Below are positions 9,635 to 18,981 of a stretch of 64,000 bases of DNA, one piece after another (the stretch's first letter is position 1; each line of letters starts with the position of its first letter). A program made the translations under genes and the position numbers. The notes below the pieces were generated by a model, which saw only the letters and a program-made list of their open reading frames with translations, searched no databases and had not been told where the DNA came from. The DNA comes from an uncultured Trueperaceae bacterium (lineage in GTDB: Bacteria > Deinococcota > Deinococci > Deinococcales > Trueperaceae): NCBI GenBank assembly GCA_963815215.1, contig CAWFFU010000003.1, forward strand, positions 832,001 through 896,000, written 5' to 3'.

Positions 9635-9661
9635 AAACGCCTCCTCAGCTCCTGCGATTGG

Positions 9662-9693
9662 AGAAAAAGAGATCCATCCCGGAGGGGATGGAT
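9662..9693 (-). terminator. Intrinsic terminator in the riboswitch expression platform
   Basis: 9-bp stem ATCCATCCC / GGGATGGAT followed on the minus strand by CTCTTTTTCT. Confidence 0.7.
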
Positions 9694-9749
9694 GCCGTTG
9701 GCCGCGATCGCGGCTTCCGGGCAGCCCTTCCTCGTCCTCGCAAGGGGGT

Positions 9750-9846
9750 GCTTCGTCGGGTCGCGGTATTCGGGCTACGGCCTCTCGGGACCTTACCGTT
9801 GCGGGACAGCGCCGGAATCGCACCGGACTTCCCCGTGAACCGACCC
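9750..9846 (-). ncRNA. Cobalamin riboswitch (compact form)
   Basis: Minus strand reads GGGAAGTCCGGTGCGATTCCGGCGCTGTCCCGCAACGGTAA...AGCCCGAATACC, upstream of a Btu-like ABC operon. Confidence 0.9.
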
Positions 9847-9850
9847 TCAA

Positions 9851-9879
9851 AGCGTACGACGCCCCCAGCGGGGTGTCAA
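9851..9879 (-). promoter_or_regulatory. Sigma70-type promoter of the B12 transporter operon
   Basis: TTGACA (9879-9874), 17-nt spacer, TACGCT (9856-9851), immediately upstream of the riboswitch. Confidence 0.75.
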
Positions 9880-9942
9880 ACGGTCGGAACCGTGCAGCGC
9901 GCGCTTCCGGCGGCGCCCTACGAGCGTGGTAGGCTCCCCGCT

Positions 9943-11007
9943 GTGACGCAGCTACGCTCCCTGTCGGAGCTCAACGTCCACGGGGCGGCGCGCGCCGATC
10001 GGCTGGTGCCTCCACCGCGCTTCGAGCGCGTCTCCTTCGAAGGGTATCGGCCCCAACACCCCAGCCAGGCGCTCGCGCGTGAACGGGCACGGGCCTTCGT
10101 CGAGGAGGCCGAGCGCGCCCTCAAGGCACCCCCACCCCGCCGCTTCCGGTTCCCCGGCCGTCGCCGTCCGTCACCCGGCCGCGGGCTCTACCTCGACGGC
10201 GGCTTCGGCGTCGGGAAGACCCACCTGCTGGCAGCCGCCTTCTTCCACGCGGATCTGGAGGCCAAGCACTACCTCAGCTTCCAGGAGCTCGTCTACCTCA
10301 TCGGGGTACTGGGCATGGAGCGGGCCCGCGCCGTCCTCGGTGGAGCGCGGCTGCTGTGCATCGACGAGTTCGAGCTCGACGACCCCGGCAACACGTTGAT
10401 CGTGAAGACCTTCCTGAACTCGGTGACGGAGGCCGGTGGCTACGTGCTCACCACCTCCAACACCGCGCCGGAAGCGCAGGGTCACGGGCGTTTCAACGCC
10501 GAGGACTTCCGGCGCGAGATCCAGTCCCTGGCCGACCACTTCGAGACGGTCACCATGGACGGCCCGGACTTCAGGCACCGGAGCCGCGTGGGCGTTCTGA
10601 CGCCGCGCCCCGAGTTCGAGCGGGCATGCCGTCAGGAGCGGGCCGAGGCGCCACGCGTGTTCAGCGAGTTCGACGCGCTGTTGCAGCTCCTCGCGGGCCT
10701 CCACCCTTCACGCTACGACGGGCTGCTGCGACAGGTGGGCACACTCTATCTGGCGGGCATCCGTCCTCTGGCCACCCAGAACGACGCCCTGCGCTTCGTG
10801 CACTTCGTGGACAAGCTCTACGACCTGGGGGTCGGGCTGCGGGCCACCGGCACCACCCCGCTCACCGAGCTGTTCGACGCCAGTTACCGCGACAGCGCTT
10901 ACGCCAAGAAGCACCTGCGCTGCCTGTCCCGTCTCAGCGAACTGCTGAGCGAGAGCCGGCAGGCCGGCGCGCCCGTCGAGCGCGCCGCGGTCGCCGCAGG
11001 CGGCTGA
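9943..11007 (+). CDS. zapE: Cell division ATPase ZapE (AFG1 family)
   Basis: GLYLDGGFGVGKTHLL, LLCIDEFELDDPG, TTSNT, ALRFVHFVDKLYD, RCLSRL. Confidence 0.85.
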   Translation: MTQLRSLSELNVHGAARADRLVPPPRFERVSFEGYRPQHPSQALARERARAFVEEAERALKAPPPRRFRFPGRRRPSPGRGLYLDGGFGVGKTHLLAAAFFHADLEAKHYLSFQELVYLIGVLGMERARAVLGGARLLCIDEFELDDPGNTLIVKTFLNSVTEAGGYVLTTSNTAPEAQGHGRFNAEDFRREIQSLADHFETVTMDGPDFRHRSRVGVLTPRPEFERACRQERAEAPRVFSEFDALLQLLAGLHPSRYDGLLRQVGTLYLAGIRPLATQNDALRFVHFVDKLYDLGVGLRATGTTPLTELFDASYRDSAYAKKHLRCLSRLSELLSESRQAGAPVERAAVAAGG

Positions 11008-11027
11008 CGACTCCGCTGGCCCGACCG

Positions 11028-12230
11028 TCAGGCAACCGGGTCGTACCCGCCTCGTAGAGCGGGCACGACCCGCGAGGCGCGTTCGAGCAAGTCGAGCGCG
11101 ATCGCTCGGCTGCCGCCGGGCGCCCCCATTCGCTGGCGGCCGATCCGACCCGCCCGGACCCTGGCCTCATCGTCACCTAGCAGCCCGCGGGCGGCCGCGG
11201 CGATGGCGCCTGGCTCGGGGTCGCTCAACGTGAGCGCTTCCCCCAGCAGACGCTTCTGGTTCAGGAGGAAGGCAAGTCCGTAGGAGGGCTCCAAGGGGAA
11301 GGACACCACCGGTACGCCGCGTGCCGCCGCCTGTTCGTTCGCGGTCCCTGCCGTACCGATGGCGATGCGGGCGCTGGCGAGCACGTCGCCGAAGCGCCCC
11401 TCCACAACCCACAGCCGGGTCGCGCCGCGCCGCAACGCCGCCACCCGTCCCGACACCGGCGCGGCTCCGCGGTCCTCCTCCCAGCCCGGCAACGCCGGCA
11501 ACGCTCCTCCGCTCCACGCCACCAGGCCCGTCACATCAGGGACGCTCGCCAGCGCCTCGGCCATGCGGGCCAGCGCGGTGGGCGTGTGGGCACGGGTACC
11601 GGGCAACAGGGCGACAGCGACGCGCCCGTCGATCCCTTCGAGCGCCCGCCCCTCGATCCGGTCCACCATCGGGTTGCCGAGCGCCAGCGCGTTGCGAACT
11701 CCGCGCGCTGTCAGCCAGGCGGCGGTCGCCTCGTCGCGCGCGTACACCACCGAGGCGAGGTGGCGCATCAGCACGCGCTCCGGGTAGCGGATGCGCTCCA
11801 TGAAGTAGCGGTTGGGCGGCGATCGTCCGGCGCCTGCGCTGTGGTGCGCGGATACGAGCGGCTGCACCACGGCGCGGAATCTCGAGCGCGTGAACGCCGC
11901 CAGCGCCTGGGCGTAGATGTCACCCACCACCACCACCACGTCGCTGCGCAACCGCGCCAGGGCGGCGAGCTGCGCCAGCGTCATGCCGACGAAACCGGCG
12001 CGGACGTCGGCAACGAGGCTCGCCGTCGAATGCAGGGTGAGTCCGCCGCTGGGCAACGCCCGACAGGGGCCGAGCCTGGAGATCGCCTCGGAACGGTAGG
12101 CCGACCCCTCGTCGACCACCGGGAAGGCACGGACCGTAGCGCCGGGCACCCGCTCCCGAAGGGCGCGCGCCAGCGACGCGCCGATGACGTCCTCGCCATG
12201 TCCGTTGGAGACGATCGTGATGCTCGGCAC
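11028..12230 (-). CDS. Lipid-A-disaccharide synthase-related (LpxB-like GT-B) protein
   Basis: N-terminal IVSNGHGEDVIG, LPSGG, VVVGDI, GNPMVD, LLPGTR, AGTANEQAA..GVPV, RMGAPGGS. Confidence 0.75.
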   Translation of the reverse strand: MPSITIVSNGHGEDVIGASLARALRERVPGATVRAFPVVDEGSAYRSEAISRLGPCRALPSGGLTLHSTASLVADVRAGFVGMTLAQLAALARLRSDVVVVVGDIYAQALAAFTRSRFRAVVQPLVSAHHSAGAGRSPPNRYFMERIRYPERVLMRHLASVVYARDEATAAWLTARGVRNALALGNPMVDRIEGRALEGIDGRVAVALLPGTRAHTPTALARMAEALASVPDVTGLVAWSGGALPALPGWEEDRGAAPVSGRVAALRRGATRLWVVEGRFGDVLASARIAIGTAGTANEQAAARGVPVVSFPLEPSYGLAFLLNQKRLLGEALTLSDPEPGAIAAAARGLLGDDEARVRAGRIGRQRMGAPGGSRAIALDLLERASRVVPALRGGYDPVA

Positions 12231-12268
12231 GCCCGACCTGCCGGAACGCCGCGCCCTGGAGCGCGGGC

Positions 12269-13165
12269 TCAGCCCTCCCGCATGCGGGGCGGAGCCCCCC
12301 AGCCGAGCTTGAAGCGCAGGATGTCGAAGAAGCTGTGCCGACCCGAGGACACCAGCATCAGATCGGTCGGCGCCGCCGCGATCGTGAAGCGGTCGCCCCG
12401 GCGAAGATCGATGCGTTCCTGCCCGTCGACCACCAAGGCCAGCTCGTGAACGTCGCTCTCCACTCGGAAGCTCACGAGCACGCCCCCCTCGACGACGATG
12501 GGCCTGTTGGTGAGCGAGTGGGGGGCCAGCGGAGTGATCACGAAGGCGCGCAGCGACTGGCTCACGATGGGACCGCCGAGCGACAGCGAATAGGCGGTGG
12601 AGCCGACCGGCGTGGACACCACCAGACCGTCGGCCCGGTACTGGATGGCGTGCGCGCCGTCCACTTCCATGGCGATGTTCACGAGGCGCGCCACCACCCC
12701 CTGCGAGACCACCACGTCGTTGAGGGCGAAGGTGGGCTCGCCGCCGCCGTTCAGCCACACCTGCAACATGATGCGCGGGTTGATGCGCCAGTCGTCCGGC
12801 GTGCGGCCCTCGAGGTACTCGCGGACCTCGTCGGCGCTGAACTCGGCCAGGAACCCGAGCTTGCCCAGGTTGACGCCGACCACCGGCGCGGCGGACCCCA
12901 CCAGACGCCGTGCGGCGCCGAGGAGGGTGCCGTCGCCACCCACGGAGAACACCACGTCGGCGTCGTGCGTGCGCTCCCCCAGCGGCATGGTCCCCTCGAG
13001 ATCGAGCTCTACGCTGGCCCCCAGCTCACGGAGTCGGTCCGTCAGCTCGCGGGCGAGCACGTGCGCTTCGGGCTTGTAACGGGTACTGGTCACGATCACC
13101 CGGCGCAGCCCGGCGGCCGGCGTGGTGAACGCCCTCCCGGCGGCGATCGACGGGCCGGAGCTCAA
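12269..13165 (-). CDS. nadK: NAD kinase
   Basis: VGGDGTLL, GVNLGKLGFL, ALND, ADGLVVSTPVGSTAYSLSLGGP, PLAPHSL.RP. Confidence 0.93.
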   Translation of the reverse strand: MSSGPSIAAGRAFTTPAAGLRRVIVTSTRYKPEAHVLARELTDRLRELGASVELDLEGTMPLGERTHDADVVFSVGGDGTLLGAARRLVGSAAPVVGVNLGKLGFLAEFSADEVREYLEGRTPDDWRINPRIMLQVWLNGGGEPTFALNDVVVSQGVVARLVNIAMEVDGAHAIQYRADGLVVSTPVGSTAYSLSLGGPIVSQSLRAFVITPLAPHSLTNRPIVVEGGVLVSFRVESDVHELALVVDGQERIDLRRGDRFTIAAAPTDLMLVSSGRHSFFDILRFKLGWGAPPRMREG

Positions 13166-13878
13166 ACCGCACCCACCCCAGACAGCGCCTGCATGACCCG
13201 GTCCACCACCTGCTCCAGCGTCAGGTCCCCGGTCTCGACGTGAACGGCGTCGTGTGCCGGCGCGGACTGCGCCGCGTCGAGGCGATCGCGACGAGCGATG
13301 GCCTCCGCGACCGCCGCCAGGTCCGCCGATCGCTCGCCGACCCGGCGCCGCGCCCTCACCTCGGCAGGCGCCGTCAGGAAGAACTTGAAGCCGGCGTCCG
13401 GGAACACCGCGGTGCCCATGTCCCGACCGTCGATCACGAACGGCCCGGGGATCTCTCGCAGACGCTCGGTGACCCAGTCCCGCACGCCGGGATGGCGGGC
13501 GACGGCCGATACCGTGCCGTCCACGGCGTCGGTGTGCAGCTCGCCGGTGACGTCCCGACCCTCCACCAGGACGCGGTCACCCGTCAGCGACGGCACCAGC
13601 CGCACGCGCCTCTCGGCGAGGATATGGAGCACGGCCCCCTCGTCGTCGGGGTCGCCCCGCAGGTCCTCGACCAGCCACGTCGCCGCGCGGTAGAGCAGGC
13701 CGCTGGAAACGAAGGGGACGCCGAGGCGTTCCGCCACCCGGCGAGCCACGCTCGACTTGCCGGAAGCCGCCGGTCCGTCCAGCGTGATCACGGTGCGCAC
13801 GAAGGTGTCTTGCTCAGTTGTGACGTGCCCGTGGGACTGCGCCATGGTCGTGCGTTCCCCTCCGTTCCCCACCGTCAT
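13162..13878 (-). CDS. cmk: Cytidylate kinase (start may be 13845)
   Basis: ITLDGPAASGKSS, SGLLYRA, DGRDMGTAVFPDA, RRDRLD. Confidence 0.93.
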   Translation of the reverse strand: MTVGNGGERTTMAQSHGHVTTEQDTFVRTVITLDGPAASGKSSVARRVAERLGVPFVSSGLLYRAATWLVEDLRGDPDDEGAVLHILAERRVRLVPSLTGDRVLVEGRDVTGELHTDAVDGTVSAVARHPGVRDWVTERLREIPGPFVIDGRDMGTAVFPDAGFKFFLTAPAEVRARRRVGERSADLAAVAEAIARRDRLDAAQSAPAHDAVHVETGDLTLEQVVDRVMQALSGVGAV

Positions 13879-15179
13879 GATAGCCTCCCGGCCAACAGTC
13901 CGAGGAAGTCCTCGAAGAAGCGTGGGTAGGTCTTGGCGACGCAGTTGGGGTCACGGATGGCCACGCCCGGCAACCGGGCGCCGACCACCGCCAGGGCCAT
14001 CGCCATGCGGTGGTCGCCGTAGGTCTCGAGCACGACCTCCGCCGCGGCAGCCCCGGCGAGCGGGTGAACGGTGAGGCTGGCATCCTCCTCCTCGACCTCG
14101 GCGCCCAGGCGGCGCAGCTCGATGGCCAGCGCCGTGAGTCGATCGGTCTCCTTGATACGCAGGTTCCAGACGTTCCGGATGTGGACCGGAGCGTCGGCGA
14201 AGAGCGCCACGCAGGCCAGCGTCTGCGCCTGGTCCGGCATGTCGTTGAGATCGAACGTGCCGCCGTGCAGCCGCCCCGGGCGCGGGCCCCGCACCTCGCA
14301 GGTGCTCTCGCCCCAGCGCACCTCGCACCCCATGCGCTCCAGCACGTCCGCGAAGTGCGCGTCTCCCTGCTTGGTGCGGCGGCCGAGGTTGGCGATGCGC
14401 ACCCGACCCCCGGTGATGGCGGCGGCGGCCCAGAAGTATCCGGCAGCCATGGCGTCGCCCTCGATGTCCAGCTCCCGGGACCGGTAGCGCCCAGGTGTGA
14501 CGGTGAAGCGCCGGTAGCCGTCGCGCTCCACCGTCACGCCGAAATCGGCCATCAGCGCCAGCGTCATGTCGACGAAGGGTTTGGACTGGAGCTCGCCGGC
14601 CACCTCCAGGGTGACGGCGGCGTCGGCGTACGGAGCCACCATCAGCAGCGCGGAGAGGTACTGCGAGCTCCTGCCGCCCTCCACCGCCACCGCGCCGCCG
14701 GGCAGGCCGCGCGCCCGGACCACCACGGGCGGGCAACCGTTACCGGACTCGCTCTCGGCCTCGACGCCCAACCCTTGAAGCGCGTCCAGCAGGTCCTGGA
14801 TGGGCCGCTCCCGCATGCGGGCGGTGCCGTCGAGCCGGAAGCGCCCCCGTCCCAGCGCCACCAGCGCCGTCAGGAAGCGCATGCTGGTCCCCGACAGGCG
14901 CACGTCGAGGTCCGCCGAGGTCGCCGGCACGCGGCCGCCCATGCCGTGCACGACGATGTGGGGCCCGCGCGCCTCGAGGCGGTAGCCGAGGCCGCTGAGA
15001 GCGCGGACCAGGACCTCGGAGTCCTCCGCCACCAGGGCACCCTCGAGGTGGCTGGCGCCGGCGGCCAGAGCGGAGATCACGAGGGCCCGGTTGGTCAAGC
15101 TCTTGGACCCCGGGATGCGCACTGTGCCGTCGACGGCGCCCTGCGGTCCTACGGTCACGATCGATGGCAGCGTCGACAT
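13875..15179 (-). CDS. aroA: 3-phosphoshikimate 1-carboxyvinyltransferase (EPSP synthase)
   Basis: PGSKSLTNRAL, SGTSMRF, MRERPI, SSQYLSALLM, LRIKETDR, DHRMAM, VAKTYP. Confidence 0.95.
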   Translation of the reverse strand: MSTLPSIVTVGPQGAVDGTVRIPGSKSLTNRALVISALAAGASHLEGALVAEDSEVLVRALSGLGYRLEARGPHIVVHGMGGRVPATSADLDVRLSGTSMRFLTALVALGRGRFRLDGTARMRERPIQDLLDALQGLGVEAESESGNGCPPVVVRARGLPGGAVAVEGGRSSQYLSALLMVAPYADAAVTLEVAGELQSKPFVDMTLALMADFGVTVERDGYRRFTVTPGRYRSRELDIEGDAMAAGYFWAAAAITGGRVRIANLGRRTKQGDAHFADVLERMGCEVRWGESTCEVRGPRPGRLHGGTFDLNDMPDQAQTLACVALFADAPVHIRNVWNLRIKETDRLTALAIELRRLGAEVEEEDASLTVHPLAGAAAAEVVLETYGDHRMAMALAVVGARLPGVAIRDPNCVAKTYPRFFEDFLGLLAGRLS

Positions 15180-15273
15180 CGTGCCGAAGGATACCACCGG
15201 CCCACCGTCCTTCGCGCCGTCGCTCCCTCCCACACGACGTCCGGCGGGCGTCAGCGAGGCTAATCTGGCAGGC

Positions 15274-15714
15274 GTGAGCATTCCGGCCTCCCTACAGTCG
15301 ATCGTCGACACCTTCCAGAAGGCTCCGCGGAGCCTCAAGTTGCCGCTGCTGCTGGAGTACGCCGGCAAGGTCCCGCCGTTGCCGGCAGGCATGGACGCGG
15401 AACTGGAGAGGGTGCACGAGTGCCAGACGCCTCTGTTCCTCAAGGCGGAGGTCGCGGACGACGGCGGCGTGCGTCTGTACTTCGATGCCCCCGAGGAGGC
15501 GCCCACCACGCGCGGCTTCGCGGGGGTGGTGCACGAGGGTCTCTCGGGTGCGAGCGTCGAGGAGGTCATGGCGACGCCCGACGACTTCTACCAGACCATG
15601 GGCCTGGCGGAGCTCATCTCCCCGCTGCGGTTGAGGGGGATGGGCGCCATCCTGGCCCGCGTGAAGCGCCAGTTGCGGGAGGGCGCCGGCGCGCGGCGGT
15701 CGACCCCGGGCTAG
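15274..15714 (+). CDS. sufE: SufE family sulfur-transfer protein
   Basis: ERVHECQTPLF, FDAPEEAPTTRGFA, LISPLRLRG. TAATCT lies 7 nt before the GTG. Confidence 0.85.
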   Translation: MSIPASLQSIVDTFQKAPRSLKLPLLLEYAGKVPPLPAGMDAELERVHECQTPLFLKAEVADDGGVRLYFDAPEEAPTTRGFAGVVHEGLSGASVEEVMATPDDFYQTMGLAELISPLRLRGMGAILARVKRQLREGAGARRSTPG

Positions 15715-15803
15715 CGAGCCGGCGCCCGGGTCTGCTAAAGTGGCTGGGCTTCGAGAGCGAACCCGAGCGCCCCTACGGGCCGGCGCCGGGCGGAGGACGA
15801 TCG

Positions 15804-16028
15804 ATGAAAAAGGACATCCACCCCAAGATGGTGCCGTGCAAGGTGATCTGCGAAGGCAAGGTCGTGCTGGAGACGTACAGCACCAAGGCGGAATTGCACG
15901 TCGACGTATGGTCGGGCAACCACCCCTTCTACACCGGGCAGCAACGCTTCATCGACACCGAAGGACGCGTCGAGAAGTTCCAGAAGCGCTTCGGTGACAG
16001 CTACCGCAAGAACGTCAAGACGAAGTAG
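15804..16028 (+). CDS. rpmE: 50S ribosomal protein L31
   Basis: MKKDIHP...HPFYTGQQRFIDTEGRVEKFQKRFG. GGAGG RBS. Confidence 0.96.
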   Translation: MKKDIHPKMVPCKVICEGKVVLETYSTKAELHVDVWSGNHPFYTGQQRFIDTEGRVEKFQKRFGDSYRKNVKTK

Positions 16029-16058
16029 CGGCGCGCATCGCCGGCAGGCTTCCTTCAT

Positions 16059-16082
16059 GCGGCCGCCCCCAGGGGCGGCCGC
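16059..16082. terminator. GC-rich hairpin between convergent rpmE and kinase genes
   Basis: GCGGCCGCCCC-CA-GGGGCGGCCGC inverted repeat. Confidence 0.6.
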
Positions 16083-16097
16083 CGTCGTTCTGTGGGT

Positions 16098-17924
16098 CTA
16101 TTCGGGTACGGCCGCCAGCACGCGCGTCCCGCGGCCGGGTTCGCTGACGATCTCGAACCGGCCCCCGCGCGCCTGCACGCGCTCGCGCATCTGGCGCAGT
16201 CCCAGCCCTCCGGCGCTGGTGACGCGATCACCCACCTGCACCGGATCGAATCCCCGGCCGTCGTCTTCCACGCTGATGAAGGCCATGCGTCCGCCGTCGG
16301 CTCCCACCCGGACGCCGACGGTGCGTGCCGCGGCATGCTTGGCGACGTTGTTCATGGCCTCCTGGAAGATCCGGAACAGCACTGCCTCCGACTTGATGCC
16401 GAGCTCCGGCAGCTCGCCGAGCTCGAGTCGCACGTGAACGTCGTTCTGCTGACCGAAGTCGATGGCGTAGCGCCGTACCGTCTCCACGAAGCCGTGACGC
16501 TCGAGGTCGATCGGTCGGAGCGCGAAGATGCTGCGCCGCACCTCCTTGATGGTCTCGCGCACGGTGTCCTTGGCGGCGTCGAGCTCGATGGTCGCCTTGG
16601 CCACGTCGCGCGTCAACAGGCGCGCCACCAGATCGAGCTTGAGGGCAGCGAAGGCGAGCGACTGCGCCACTCCGTCGTGGATCTCGCGGGCGATGCGGGC
16701 GCGTTCCTCTGCGATCGCCAGCTCCTCGGAGTGCAGGTAGGCGTTGGCGTTGCGGACCGCCAGACTCACCTGGTTGGCCAGCAGCCCCAGGAGCGGCAGG
16801 TTGGCGGCGTCGAAGTGGTCGGGGTCGGAGTGGGTGAGCACCACCACGCCGAGCAGGCCCTCCTCGGCGTAGACCGGCGTGGTCACGGCGCTGCCCGCTC
16901 GCGCGAGCAGCGGACCGCCGTCGGCCCGGTCGGCGATCGAGAGGCGGCTGACGATGCTGGGTTCGCGCGACTGGGCGCTGCGACCCACGAGACCCTCGCC
17001 CAGGCGCACCGGCACCTTGCCCGCCTCCTGAGGCGCACCCTCAGCCGAGCGCAGTTTCAACAAGTTGCCATCGTCGAACAGGTAGACGCCGCCCGTGAGC
17101 GCCTCTACCCGCGACATCATCTGGGCCAGGAGCGTGTGCAGCAAGCGCTCCAGGTTCCCCTCCGCGCGGATCGAGCGGTCGACGTCGAACAACGTCATCA
17201 GATCGCGGGCACGGCTCCGTGTGGCTTCGGCGGCCGCCGAGAACTCGGAGGCGAGGATGGAGAAGGCTTCACGCTGCCGGTCGTCCGGGTCGTCAGCGTA
17301 GTAGGCGTGCAGCGAGCCCTCCAGCTTGCCCCCCCAGGTCAGCGGCACGGTGAGCACCCAGCCGTCCCGGTCGCCGATGCGGCTCCGTTCACCGATTGGC
17401 TGTAGCGCCCGGAGCGCGCGATCGCGCTCCAGGGCATCGCGTTCGCGCTCCGGAGTCAGCCCCACACCGCTGGTGACGCCCAGCTCCGTGGGGCCGACCA
17501 GCACCGCCACCGCCACCGCCCCGGTGACGTCGCGGATGCCACGGGAAGCGGCCGACAGCGCCGCCTCCAGGTCGGTCGCCGCGGCGAACTGCTCGGTGAC
17601 CTGCTGGATGGCGGTGAGCAGCTCGTGGCTGCTCCGCAACTGGTCGAACAGGCGCGCCAGCTCCTCCTGCGCCTGCTCGCGCAGGCGCACCTCGGTGGCG
17701 ATCCAGTTGAGGGTCACGAAGGTGGCCAGCGGCCCCAGGATGCTGTAGAACAGCAGCTGCGCCCAGAACTGGTAGCGCTCGCCTCCCAGCGGCACCACGA
17801 CCAGCTGGTGGAGCAGCACCACCCCGACGATGGTCAGCGGGAGCCACAGGCGCGCCAGCCGGACCTGGTCGTAGAGGCTGCCAGGGTGCTCACTGCGCGG
17901 CGCGTGATCTGCGCCGCGGATCAC
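16098..17924 (-). CDS. Membrane-anchored GAF-domain sensor histidine kinase (HisKA_3 / NarX-like)
   Basis: Two N-terminal TM helices, GAF-like regions, EERARIAREIHDGVAQ H-box, QEAMNNVAKHA, DDGRGFD, GLGLRQMRER. Confidence 0.9.
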   Translation of the reverse strand: MIRGADHAPRSEHPGSLYDQVRLARLWLPLTIVGVVLLHQLVVVPLGGERYQFWAQLLFYSILGPLATFVTLNWIATEVRLREQAQEELARLFDQLRSSHELLTAIQQVTEQFAAATDLEAALSAASRGIRDVTGAVAVAVLVGPTELGVTSGVGLTPERERDALERDRALRALQPIGERSRIGDRDGWVLTVPLTWGGKLEGSLHAYYADDPDDRQREAFSILASEFSAAAEATRSRARDLMTLFDVDRSIRAEGNLERLLHTLLAQMMSRVEALTGGVYLFDDGNLLKLRSAEGAPQEAGKVPVRLGEGLVGRSAQSREPSIVSRLSIADRADGGPLLARAGSAVTTPVYAEEGLLGVVVLTHSDPDHFDAANLPLLGLLANQVSLAVRNANAYLHSEELAIAEERARIAREIHDGVAQSLAFAALKLDLVARLLTRDVAKATIELDAAKDTVRETIKEVRRSIFALRPIDLERHGFVETVRRYAIDFGQQNDVHVRLELGELPELGIKSEAVLFRIFQEAMNNVAKHAAARTVGVRVGADGGRMAFISVEDDGRGFDPVQVGDRVTSAGGLGLRQMRERVQARGGRFEIVSEPGRGTRVLAAVPE

Positions 17925-18202
17925 ACCTCCTCCTCGACGTCCCTCCGCTTCCTGCTCGGCCGGAACTCGCTCATCAGGATCGGGTAGACCAGCAGGTAGG
18001 CGCCGAACACCAGCAGCATCTGCACCCAGAACTTCCCGAGGCCCGGTACGCCAAGGCTGTTGAGGACCATCACCACGACCGTCAGCAGGATGGCGAACAC
18101 CAGGGACTTGAGCAACAACCGCACCATCTTGCCGGCCGTGATCTTGCGGGCCTCCTCGACGCTGCGACGCTCGGCCTTGCGCCGTTGATTCTTCTTGGAC
18201 AT
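17921..18202 (-). CDS. Small 2-TM hypothetical membrane protein
   Basis: 93 aa, basic N-terminus plus two hydrophobic helices. TACAAT 5 nt before the ATG. Stop overlaps the kinase GTG. Confidence 0.7.
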   Translation of the reverse strand: MSKKNQRRKAERRSVEEARKITAGKMVRLLLKSLVFAILLTVVVMVLNSLGVPGLGKFWVQMLLVFGAYLLVYPILMSEFRPSRKRRDVEEEV

Positions 18203-18302
18203 GCCACATTGTAGGACGGCCGTCGTTCCCCGGTCGCCTGGCGCCGCGCTCGGGCCTGCCGACCCTTGCGCGGCAACGCCGCAGCCAGCGACACTGGCGC
18301 TC

Positions 18303-18845
18303 GTGAGGCCACCATTCCTATCCCATCTCCAGGAGGCGTTCGAAGGGGCGAACGGTCGACCGCTGGCGCAGGCGGCCAGCGTCTCCCCCGCGGGGATGCC
18401 CGAGGTGCGCACCGTGGTGCTGCGCCACCTCGCTCCGGACGGCTCTGCAACGTTCGCCAGCGATGCTCGGAGCGCCAAGATGGCGGCGCTCGCAGCGGGC
18501 GGCTGGCTCGAGCTCTGTCTGTGGCGCCCCGACGTCGGGCTGCAGCTGCGCCTATTGGGGCGCGCCCAGGTGCATCGCCTCGACGACCACGCGGTTGCCG
18601 TGTGGTCCGCCCTCCCGCTCGACACCAGGGAGCTTTTCGCGTCGCCGGAACCCGGGAGCCCGCTGCGCGGCGCCCCGGCGACCGAGGTGCCGGTGCCCGA
18701 ACTTGGGGACCGGCCGCCGATCACCTTCGCGGCCGTGCGCCTGACGCCGGAACGCTGCGATCGGCTGGAGCTGGGCCCGCCGCTGCGCCGCCGTATCTGG
18801 ACGCTCGACGAGGGGAGCTGGCGGTCGGAGGACGTTGTGCCCTGA
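18303..18845 (+). CDS. Pyridoxamine 5'-phosphate oxidase-like FMN-binding split-barrel protein
   Basis: G.PEVRTVVLR, DARSAK, LQLRLLG, DRLEL, W..EDVVP C-terminus. Confidence 0.75.
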   Translation: MRPPFLSHLQEAFEGANGRPLAQAASVSPAGMPEVRTVVLRHLAPDGSATFASDARSAKMAALAAGGWLELCLWRPDVGLQLRLLGRAQVHRLDDHAVAVWSALPLDTRELFASPEPGSPLRGAPATEVPVPELGDRPPITFAAVRLTPERCDRLELGPPLRRRIWTLDEGSWRSEDVVP

Positions 18846-18981
18846 CCGCGGCGCGGCGTCCGGCCGGCGCGGCGGGGGCGCTCCCGCCCTGCCATACTGG
18901 AGCCGTGAACCCGCCCTGCCGACAGCACCCTCTCGAAGGGCGTCGCGCGCGCCGAAGCGGAGGACCGCGCGAGTTCGTCGC

